From IMG/VR virus record IMGVR_UViG_3300042991_000497, positions 1-58,854 of that record: a stretch of DNA of 58,854 nucleotides. One strand, 5' to 3'. Below, one piece after another: positions 51,710 through 58,854 of this stretch. The stretch is from a virus (taxonomy: Duplodnaviria > Caudoviricetes). Positions within the stretch are counted from its first letter, which is position 1, and every line of letters begins with the position of its first letter. The notes below the pieces were generated by a model that was not told the origin of the DNA, did not search any database, and saw nothing but the letters and a program-made list of their open reading frames with translations. The position numbers and the translations under genes are program-made.

Positions 51710-53619
51710 AGGGCTGTGCGCTCCCAGCGCCACGCCCGTTTGCCGTCTACGCGCCGCTGCCCGCTGCGCTCATACCCCAACGCGCGCAGCACCGCCCCGG
51801 CGCGCATTTGCACCCGCGCATCCATGTCCTTCGCCGCAACCCCGAGAGCACCCATGAGTACATCGGCAACCGTGAAAGGTGATTCGTCCCTCGCCCTCCC
51901 CCTCCCCCTGGACACGTCACCCGCCCGCCCCAATCCGTCACACCCGCCCAGCCATTCGGCGAATGGCCCTTCCCACTCATCGTGCCGTGTGTAGCCCCCA
52001 TGCTCGGCCTTGGCCAGCTCTTCGGCGCGCTGCCATGCCACACCCCCTACCCAATCCCCGCCTTCGGGGCCGTGCCCGGGGTCGACGGGCTTAACCGCGC
52101 CACGGAACAGCGCCGCGCCTTCGGCCCACAGTTGTTCACGCAAGCGCGCCACCTCGTCGGACTTCGCCCAGCGCACGTGTAGTGGCAGCCACCGACGATT
52201 GCCAGTCTCGTCGCTTAGCAGGTCGGTGCGGTTGGTCGTACCAACGAGCAAGCAACGCCGAGGGAACGTCGTCGCGAATTCCTTGAACTTCGGCACCCAC
52301 TTTTCGTGCGTCCGTGAAACCCACGCCTTGATCGACTCTTGATCTTTCGTGTGCAAGCCGCGCAACTCGTTGATTTCACCAACAAGCACCCCGCGCAGCG
52401 TTCGCGCAAGCGTGTCGTCGTCCTTGTTGAGATCGACTTCGGCGTAAAACAGCGGGTCTGGCACCATTGCCTTCAGGCTTTTCGTTTTACCCTCACCTTG
52501 GCCCCCTTCCAGGATCACGGCCATATCGGCCTGCACCCCCGGCTGTATGACCCGCCCGGCGAGCGCAGTCCAGATGTAGAGGCTGACAGCGCGTGCATAG
52601 GGGGTGTCAGCCGCGCCGAAGAGGTCGGTCAAGAAACGTTCGACCCGGCGCGCACCATCCCAGCTCGCTTCGACTTCCGCAAGCCACAGCTGGGCGCTGT
52701 CGAACTGGTTCTCCTCTGCGACCAGAATCGCCGCATCGCGGGCCAGCTCTTTCGGCGCGCTCTTGAACTTGCGTTTTTCGATCTCGATGCGCAAGCGCAC
52801 AAGATCCGCATCGCGCATCGGGCGCCATTGCTGCACCGCGCCAGCGGGCTGCACCATCATCTCGTCGCGGAACGTGTCATGCCCGATCTGCATGCCGGCT
52901 TCCCACTCGTCACTGAACGCGCGCACCACGTTCTCGACCGTCGGCGCTACGTAACCCTGCTTGTCGCGGGGGTGGTACGCCGGGGGCTCATATGTGGCCG
53001 GCCGCTCGCGGCCGCCGACGCCAGAAGCGGCGCCAGAAGCGCCAACAGCACCCCGCGCGGGGGCAGTAGCCACCCAGCCAGAAAAATCGCCTGTAGGCCC
53101 GGTTTGGGGGGTTGGCAAGGCCACAGACTGAGGGCCCGCCGCTCGCCCGCGCGCAGCTGCGGCCCCTTCCAACTCAAAGCCATCCACGTCCGGCACGCCC
53201 GCCGTCGCCGGGTTGGCCCAACCGGCCGCGCCTGCGGCTTTGAACAGCGTCGCGGCCGTGATGCCCCCGGCCCGGTTCTGGTCGGCGTAGACCCAAACTT
53301 TCTCTTCGGCGTAACCCGGCACGTGTTTTGAGCTGCGCTCGCTCCACGCCTCGAACTTGGCCAGCCCCTCCGCGCTCCCGCCCGTAGCCCAGTGCACGGC
53401 GTAAGCCAGATCACGCCAACTGTCGTAGCCCACCTCCTCGCCGGTGTTGGGGATCGCGTCCAGCGCGGCCCACAACGTCGGTAGCTCGGTGTCCGGTAGA
53501 CCCGGCGCCCGCGCCGCGTGCTCGACCACGGGCCGCGCGGCACGCGGCACGCCGGGAGACACGCGCCAGAAGCCGGGGGCGAGGATGGCTTCGCGAGGGA
53601 GAACGTGGAGTGTCACCAT
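51658..53619 (-). CDS. PriCT-2 plus VirE/VapE-like helicase
   Basis: GYDSWRDL..A....G...F..WS..S (PriCT-2); ALAGRV..PG..D...ILEGGQGEGKT; EINEL; FPRRC..VGTTN...L.DETGNRRWLP. Confidence 0.9.
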   Translation of the reverse strand: MVTLHVLPREAILAPGFWRVSPGVPRAARPVVEHAARAPGLPDTELPTLWAALDAIPNTGEEVGYDSWRDLAYAVHWATGGSAEGLAKFEAWSERSSKHVPGYAEEKVWVYADQNRAGGITAATLFKAAGAAGWANPATAGVPDVDGFELEGAAAARGRAAGPQSVALPTPQTGPTGDFSGWVATAPARGAVGASGAASGVGGRERPATYEPPAYHPRDKQGYVAPTVENVVRAFSDEWEAGMQIGHDTFRDEMMVQPAGAVQQWRPMRDADLVRLRIEIEKRKFKSAPKELARDAAILVAEENQFDSAQLWLAEVEASWDGARRVERFLTDLFGAADTPYARAVSLYIWTALAGRVIQPGVQADMAVILEGGQGEGKTKSLKAMVPDPLFYAEVDLNKDDDTLARTLRGVLVGEINELRGLHTKDQESIKAWVSRTHEKWVPKFKEFATTFPRRCLLVGTTNRTDLLSDETGNRRWLPLHVRWAKSDEVARLREQLWAEGAALFRGAVKPVDPGHGPEGGDWVGGVAWQRAEELAKAEHGGYTRHDEWEGPFAEWLGGCDGLGRAGDVSRGRGRARDESPFTVADVLMGALGVAAKDMDARVQMRAGAVLRALGYERSGQRRVDGKRAWRWERTALATPVTPVTPVTPVTPE

Positions 53620-54209
53620 AGCTGTTCCTCTTCGTTTTCACCCGGCTCACTCAAAGCCAAGGGCGTGCTCTGGCCGGCCAGCGGCAGGATGAACATGGAC
53701 CCGTGCCGGCCGAGGGCAACCTCGTCTTGCTTCGGGAACACTTCGACAGTGCCGGCCACCACCCCGCTCGTGCCGTCGCGCAACCCGCACGAGGCCAGCA
53801 CCCGCCGCAGGAACTCGCGCACGCTGTAGCAGTCCTGGGGCTCATCCCAGAGCAAGATAAGGTGCACCCCCCGTCCGCCCGAGCTGCGGAAAAGCATCGG
53901 CGCCATCCCCCACACGAACTCCAGCTCGTCGACGACTTTGGCCACGGCCGCGCTCATGCCCGCCCAGTCCGTTTCGCCTTTGTGCGAGTCGAAGTCGAGC
54001 AGACCAACGAGCGTGACGCTCTCCCCCGCGCGTATAGGGCACACGCCACGGGCGGGACCGCCGTTGAGGTGCCGGGCGACGCGCTCGGCAGTCAGCGGCT
54101 GCGCGGTCCACGTGGGGGCTTCACCGAGCCGGCGCACCGCTGTCACATCGACGCGCACGCGGTCGGTGAGGGGCCTCAAGCCACGGATCAAGGGATCGTT
54201 GGGGTTCAT
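53613..54209 (-). CDS. Archaeo-eukaryotic-type primase catalytic domain (separate ORF)
   Basis: HLNG, GLLDFDSH (DxD), RSSGGRGVHL, VEVFPKQ..G...LPL. Confidence 0.8.
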   Translation of the reverse strand: MNPNDPLIRGLRPLTDRVRVDVTAVRRLGEAPTWTAQPLTAERVARHLNGGPARGVCPIRAGESVTLVGLLDFDSHKGETDWAGMSAAVAKVVDELEFVWGMAPMLFRSSGGRGVHLILLWDEPQDCYSVREFLRRVLASCGLRDGTSGVVAGTVEVFPKQDEVALGRHGSMFILPLAGQSTPLALSEPGENEEEQLW

Positions 54210-54376
54210 GCCGACCCCCTACGCGGCCCGCGGGCGGGGCGGAATGCCACCCCGCGGCGCCTGAGAATCTGGTGCATTGCTTGGCGGCTCACGCCGTGGG
54301 CCAATGCAACTTGCGCGATAGAGTACCCTTGTCGGTACTGCCTCACCGCTGTGCGGTAGTCTTTTCGTGGGGCCAT
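54206..54376 (-). CDS. Small HTH protein
   Basis: YRQGYSIAQVALAHGVSRQAMHQILRRRGV. Confidence 0.75.
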   Translation of the reverse strand: MAPRKDYRTAVRQYRQGYSIAQVALAHGVSRQAMHQILRRRGVAFRPARGPRRGSA

Positions 54377-54445
54377 GATCGAGGCGAATGGTTGGCAGGG
54401 TGCCAACTATACGCCCGCAGCGGCCGCGGGGACAACCGCCCTACG

Positions 54446-54700
54446 TCACCACCCCATCCACCACACCACAGCGGCTACGACCCACGAGGGGATGGCACCG
54501 ACCACCACATCCATCACCTCGGCTACACCGTTGCCGCGTCGCTGTTGGTACACCTCGACGCCGAGTAGCAGCCCCCCGGCCCCGCCGACTATCGCCCAAG
54601 CGTGGGCCCCACTCGCGGCCACCCACACCAGCAAGGCCACCCAGCCCGCGACCAGAAGGCCGCCTTTGAAATGCTCAATCTTGTCTTTCGGGATTTTCAT
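54446..54700 (-). CDS. Small membrane protein
   Basis: DKIEHF..G and three hydrophobic segments; SD gagga. Confidence 0.7.
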   Translation of the reverse strand: MKIPKDKIEHFKGGLLVAGWVALLVWVAASGAHAWAIVGGAGGLLLGVEVYQQRRGNGVAEVMDVVVGAIPSWVVAAVVWWMGW

Positions 54701-54814
54701 GGCTTTGTCTCCTCGTAACGGTGTAGCCCCCGACTTTCACACCAAGCACTTCGCGCGCCAAGAACTCGCGGACAGCGCGATCCACGTCGGCGATGTTGAG
54801 GGTGAGACGTGCTT

Positions 54815-55087
54815 TCACGTTGCGCCTGCCTTTCTGCACGCCCGCGCGAACTCGCACCCCGAGCACCCCGCGGCGTGCGACTCGCGGGGCAAGTTGAGGT
54901 CGAGCTTACGGCCAGCGATCTCGACGCGTACCGCCATGGCCGACGACATTCGGCGCCGCCCGTCTTGGTACGCGCGTAGGCTGTCTTTTGTCGTCTTGAC
55001 GAGGGGCGCCAACGCCACCAGGTCGGCGTGCGTTAGGTCGCTTATGTGTAGCGGTTTGGGTTTGGGTTTGGGTTTGGGTTTGTCCAC
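54815..55087 (-). CDS. Cro/repressor-like HTH regulator
   Basis: LAPLVKTTKDSLRAYQDGRRRMSSAMAVRVE; C-terminal CSGC...C; divergent from the replication operon. Confidence 0.6.
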   Translation of the reverse strand: MDKPKPKPKPKPLHISDLTHADLVALAPLVKTTKDSLRAYQDGRRRMSSAMAVRVEIAGRKLDLNLPRESHAAGCSGCEFARACRKAGAT

Positions 55088-55247
55088 CGCACCAGTGTAG
55101 CAATTGCCCCAAACTGCCGCAAGTGCCGCGCAAATGCAACTTGCGCTACACCACCAAAGTGGATTAGGCTTCGCATCCCGGGCGCAGCAACTATTTTTCA
55201 AACACGCGAATTTCTACTTGACAGGCGTATGCAACACGTGCTACATT
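55088..55247. promoter_or_regulatory. Divergent promoters with two 16-bp operators
   Basis: Leftward TTGCGG-N17-TACACT (55122-55094); rightward TTGACA-N18-TACATT (55218-55247); TGCAAC-N4-GCTACA at 55135 and 55230. Confidence 0.7.
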
Positions 55248-55275
55248 TTCAACACCAAGTAGCGAGGGCTGTCGA

Positions 55276-55527
55276 ATGTTCGTGCCGGTCAGGTGGTTCA
55301 AACAGATGTTGTTGTGGGTGCGCATCGCCTACGCCGAAGGGATGCTCGCAGAGGCGACCGACGAGCGCGACGTGATCCTCCAGGAGCGGTGGGTCGCGCT
55401 TGACACGCAGGACAGCGCCGCCTACGTGATGCTGACCCGCATGCACTTGGAAGCGGGGCATGAAATAGAAAGAATCCAAACCCGGCGCGATGACCTCGCG
55501 CTACAACTTGAAAGATTACGCAAATGA
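55276..55527 (+). CDS. Hypothetical protein
   Basis: First ORF after the rightward promoter; SD gaggg. Confidence 0.6.
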   Translation: MFVPVRWFKQMLLWVRIAYAEGMLAEATDERDVILQERWVALDTQDSAAYVMLTRMHLEAGHEIERIQTRRDDLALQLERLRK

Positions 55528-56123
55528 CGGTGAAAATCACAATGCAACTGCCCGTTCGCGGCATGGCATGCACAATCGAAGCCTACTCGGTCGAAGACAT
55601 GGTCGCAACGGTGCGCAGCATGCAAGAGTTAACCGAGCAGATGCCCACCGATGCCACAGCCCCGGCCCCAGGCGCGGCGTACGCGACCTGGACCGCCGCG
55701 GTCGCTTCGCGGGCCGCCACAGCCCCCGCCCCCGCCCCCGCCCCGGCCCCAGAAGCGCCGAAAGCAAAAAAGTCTGTCGGGACGGGGAAGCCTGCCGCTA
55801 CCATGCCGCTGGTTGCCGCACCATGGGAGGCAACAACTGCATCCTCGACGCCGTCCCCTACCCCCGCCCCTGCCCCCCAGGCCGCACCCGCAGCTGCGTC
55901 GCAGGAGCCGGCGAAGACCTACCTCCAAACGGGCATCCCTGAAGCGATTGCGCAGTACCTTGGCGCGAAGGACTCACCCGGCTACGCCGACCGCCGCGCA
56001 GCCATGGTGGCGCTGTTGGGGCAGTTCAAGGTCGCGAAGGGCCCGGAACTCCAACCCGAGCAGTTCGTCGACTTCCAGCTCGCACTGGCCGCGCTCACGT
56101 CGCAGCCAAACGACCCGCAGTAG
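55524..56123 (+). CDS. Pro/Ala-rich protein with small C-terminal helical domain
   Basis: ALLGQFKVAK..EL.PEQF tail, the type usually upstream of DUF2800. Confidence 0.7.
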   Translation: MTVKITMQLPVRGMACTIEAYSVEDMVATVRSMQELTEQMPTDATAPAPGAAYATWTAAVASRAATAPAPAPAPAPEAPKAKKSVGTGKPAATMPLVAAPWEATTASSTPSPTPAPAPQAAPAAASQEPAKTYLQTGIPEAIAQYLGAKDSPGYADRRAAMVALLGQFKVAKGPELQPEQFVDFQLALAALTSQPNDPQ

Positions 56124-56195
56124 CTGCGCGCCGGTCCACCACACCGAAAGGAATGAAACAAATGAAGCACCTACTGCCAACCAGGAGAACCTGAA

Positions 56196-56435
56196 ATGAA
56201 AACTCTCGTGCGTGAAGGGCCGACGCTGTTGCTTGGCGCGTTCATCGTCCTCGCGGCGTTGAAGGTGCTGGGCTATACCGACTGGTCGTGGTTGGCGGTA
56301 TGTGCACCACTGTTGCTTCCTACCGTGCCCGCTTCGGTGTTGGTTGTTTTCGTCGTCTTCAGGTTTGCGTACTGGGTATCGGTGGGGGCTGTCGAGATCA
56401 CATTCAACGAACTTTCAGATTGGCTCAAAAAATGA
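56196..56435 (+). CDS. Small membrane protein
   Basis: SD aggag; F..LKVLGY.DWSW..V..PL. Confidence 0.75.
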   Translation: MKTLVREGPTLLLGAFIVLAALKVLGYTDWSWLAVCAPLLLPTVPASVLVVFVVFRFAYWVSVGAVEITFNELSDWLKK

Positions 56436-57241
56436 CTCTCATGCAAACGTCAACGCCCGTCGTACTGCACGAAGACGCGCACGCGCGGCTGAGCCCGAGC
56501 GGGTCGAAGAAATGGTTCGCGTGCCCGGGGTCGTTGACCTTGGAAGAACCGATCCCGAACGAAGCCAGCAGCTATTCGGACGCAGGCACAGCGATGCACG
56601 ATATCGCAGCCCGCTGTCTCACCGAGCATCGCCGGGCGGCTCACTATGTCGGCGGGTACGTCGTCGTGAGCCCGCCGCACGAGATCGAACAGCGCAAAGT
56701 CGAGTTCGACGCCGAGATGGCTGAGCTGGCACAGGGCTACGTCGACGCGATGCGATTCCAGGCCCTCGGCGCCACCGCACACTGGGTCGAGCAGCGCGTC
56801 GACTTCTCCGAGTTTTGCGGCGTGCCCAAGCAATTCGGCACGGCCGACTTCATCGTCTTGGATGAGCGAGGGGGCGCGGTGTGGGTGAGCGATCTGAAGA
56901 CTGGCTACAAGCCGGTCGATGTGCGCAAGAACACACAGCTGATGATCTACGCGCTGGGCGCGCTGGCCAAACTGCGCGATGAAGACATAGCCAACCTGCG
57001 GGAAGACGAAGACGAAGACGAAGCCAACCTGCGGGAAGACGAAACTGCCGAAGACGAAGACGAAGACGAAGACGAAGACGAAGACGAAGACGAAGACGAA
57101 GACGAAGACGAAGACGAAGACGAAGACGAAGACGAAGCCAACCTGCGGGAAGACGAAACTGCCGAAGACGAAGACGAAGACGAAGACGAAGCCAACCTGC
57201 GGGAAGACGAAATCGCCGAAGACGAAGAGGAATTGTTCTGA
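56432..57241 (+). CDS. DUF2800 / Cas4-like PD-(D/E)xK nuclease, N-terminal half with poly-acidic tail
   Basis: HARLSPS...W..CPGS, GTAMH, VEQRVDFS, FGTADF, DLKTG, NTQL.IYALGAL, then (ED)n; ATGA start. Confidence 0.85.
   Translation: MTLMQTSTPVVLHEDAHARLSPSGSKKWFACPGSLTLEEPIPNEASSYSDAGTAMHDIAARCLTEHRRAAHYVGGYVVVSPPHEIEQRKVEFDAEMAELAQGYVDAMRFQALGATAHWVEQRVDFSEFCGVPKQFGTADFIVLDERGGAVWVSDLKTGYKPVDVRKNTQLMIYALGALAKLRDEDIANLREDEDEDEANLREDETAEDEDEDEDEDEDEDEDEDEDEDEDEDEDEANLREDETAEDEDEDEDEANLREDEIAEDEEELF
56990..57230 (+). repeat. (GAAGAC)n microsatellite (longest run 14) interleaved with four ANLREDE units
   Basis: Directly visible in the sequence. Confidence 0.95.
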
Positions 57242-58080
57242 TGGGCGCCACAACGAAAGAAAACCCATTCACTTGGGCACGCCGCAAGGGCATCAAGACC
57301 ATCGTGCTGGGGGTGTACCAACCCAAAGCCGACGGCCACACCGAAGACGCTGTCAGCCTCGACGAGCTGGAGGCGTTTTCGGTCGAGTTGCGCGAGAAGG
57401 CCGCCAGGGTGGAAGCCGCCAAAGCGGATCGCGGCGTGATGCCGGACGAGAAGTGGGAGCGCATCTACCTCAACCCGACACCGAATGCAGAAGAGTGCGC
57501 GTTTTGCCGGGCCATGCCGACGTGCCCATCCGCGAATCGAACGCTGGGGGCATTCATGCTCGACGGCTTCGGCGCGGTGGAAGAAGGGAAAGCGCCGGCC
57601 CCCCGTGAGCTTGATTCCGTTGGGTTGCCGCTGCTGAACAGGCTAATGCACCAGGCGCCCTTCGTCGAGGACATGATTCTTGCGGTGCGCGCCGAAGTTG
57701 AGCGCCGGTTACTGGCCGGCGAAGAGTTGGCGGACTTCGGGCTGGATACAGGCCGACTCGGCGCTCGCAAGTTCAAGGACGCAGAGGAAGCTGAGCAACT
57801 TCTCAACAAACAAATGCGGCTCTCGAAAGACATGATTTACAACTTCAAGTTGAAGACCCCTACGCAGCTCGAAGAGCTGACCAAACCGGGCGAAGGTGGC
57901 GAGGCCCCCGTGCTTGGCGATACGCGGTGGAAACGCGTCTGCGCACTCGTGACGCGGAACGACCCGAAGCCGACGGTCAAGCTCAAAAGCAAGATCAAGA
58001 AGCCCTACGCCCTCCCGACACCAACGGCCGAGGGTTTCGAGGCGCACGCCACGCCACACCGAGCCGACGAGCTTTTTTGA
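57241..58080 (+). CDS. DUF2800 / Cas4-like nuclease, C-terminal half
   Basis: IKTIVLGVYQP, CAFCRAMPTC, G.LG.RKF.D, KLKTPTQLE; TGATG overlap. Confidence 0.85.
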   Translation: MGATTKENPFTWARRKGIKTIVLGVYQPKADGHTEDAVSLDELEAFSVELREKAARVEAAKADRGVMPDEKWERIYLNPTPNAEECAFCRAMPTCPSANRTLGAFMLDGFGAVEEGKAPAPRELDSVGLPLLNRLMHQAPFVEDMILAVRAEVERRLLAGEELADFGLDTGRLGARKFKDAEEAEQLLNKQMRLSKDMIYNFKLKTPTQLEELTKPGEGGEAPVLGDTRWKRVCALVTRNDPKPTVKLKSKIKKPYALPTPTAEGFEAHATPHRADELF

Positions 58081-58089
58081 AAGGCACAC

Positions 58090-58455
58090 ATGACCGACGA
58101 AATCAACCTACCGCCAGCAGGGTTGGCAGGCGACTACGCGCGTGACTGCCCCGCGTATGACGTGCACGACCTGAGAAATGCCATCCTTGCAGACCGAGCG
58201 CAGCAATCCCCCCAAGCCAAGGCACAGCTAGACGTTGATGAACTTTGGAGGTACGCGCAACTATATGCAGATGAGCACAGAGCCGAGGCTCATCCTCATG
58301 CGTCACTCGCGGGGATCGAAGGTGCAAAACGGCGCAAACTCACTCACGAAGTGGCATTGCGGCACGGCTTGCGGGCGTTGGCCGAAAAGGCAGCGCGACC
58401 AGTAGCGCCAGCACCAGCGCAGCCACCAGCGCAGGCAGCACCTGCACCCCGCTAA
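58090..58455 (+). CDS. Hypothetical protein
   Basis: SD aaagg plus ATG. Confidence 0.6.
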   Translation: MTDEINLPPAGLAGDYARDCPAYDVHDLRNAILADRAQQSPQAKAQLDVDELWRYAQLYADEHRAEAHPHASLAGIEGAKRRKLTHEVALRHGLRALAEKAARPVAPAPAQPPAQAAPAPR

Positions 58456-58475
58456 CCCAGCACCACGGAGAAGTC

Positions 58476-58854
58476 ATGTCGAAAATTGTACGTACAAAGA
58501 GCAGAGTCGCTGGCGGCATCACGCCGAAGGAGGAGATACTCCTCGCGGCCCACACCGCAAAATGGATTGCCACAGCAATGTCCACAGAACCGGTTGCACC
58601 CGAGCGCCTTGTGCCGGCCATCAAAGCGCTGTACGCTGCGGCATATCTGAAGGAGCCTCGCGTCGTCATCGTGCCTAGCCCGAAGGTCATGGCGTTTGCT
58701 GGTGGCTTCGCTGCGGCCATTTGGTGGCAGCGAGGCAACAACGCCGCAACGATCGACGCAACGATCGCCGCAACGGACGCCGCAACGGACGCCGCAACGA
58801 TCGCCGCAACGGACGCCGCAACGGACGCCGCAACGGACGCCGCAACGGCCGACG
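58476..58854 (+). CDS. DUF6745-like protein, 5' part (continues at window start)
   Basis: SD ggag; MSKIVRTKSRVAGGITP..W...AMSTEP..AIKALYAAA.L..PRVVIVPSP, then xxAT repeats to the edge. Confidence 0.8.
   Translation, partial: MSKIVRTKSRVAGGITPKEEILLAAHTAKWIATAMSTEPVAPERLVPAIKALYAAAYLKEPRVVIVPSPKVMAFAGGFAAAIWWQRGNNAATIDATIAATDAATDAATIAATDAATDAATDAATAD

Noticed and set aside
56975-57290. Intein or self-splicing intron in the nuclease gene
   Set aside because: No intein terminal residues (C/S...HN) or intron-like structure; the insert is low-complexity coding sequence.

Overview
The window looks like an essentially complete, circularly permuted, GC-rich temperate podovirus-type phage genome. 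The contig is broken inside a 12-bp tandem repeat, so one gene runs off the right end and resumes at the left. The + strand replication block (55.3 kb, through the junction, to 9.1 kb) holds a split DUF2800/Cas4-like nuclease, a DUF6745 repeat protein, a DUF2815 SSB, a family A DNA polymerase, VRR-NUC, an SNF2 helicase, DUF3310 and a tyrosine integrase. An 8-enzyme glycosyltransferase/methyltransferase cluster follows (9.1-14.6 kb). The - strand (43.5 to 14.7 kb) carries TerS/TerL, portal, extra head-region genes including a PASTA protein, scaffold, capsid, adaptors, a split nozzle, ejection proteins and a lysis cassette with a signal-peptide beta-helix protein. A split primase/VirE helicase and a probable origin lie at 51.4-54.2 kb. 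The standout is a 6.2-kb array (44.6-50.9 kb) of nine paralogues, most translationally coupled. Each has a conserved N-cap, a variable number of combinatorially varied 11-aa (33-bp) repeats and a C-cap. The array shows recombination scars, shared junction motifs and an operator shared with the immunity-like region. Other unexpected signals are a tRNA-like RNA without a normal anticodon arm upstream of the polymerase, a recurring acidic E-E-x-L-F/W-stop/start junction at gene splits, leaderless promoters and many simple repeats. All family assignments come from motif recognition by eye, not database searches.
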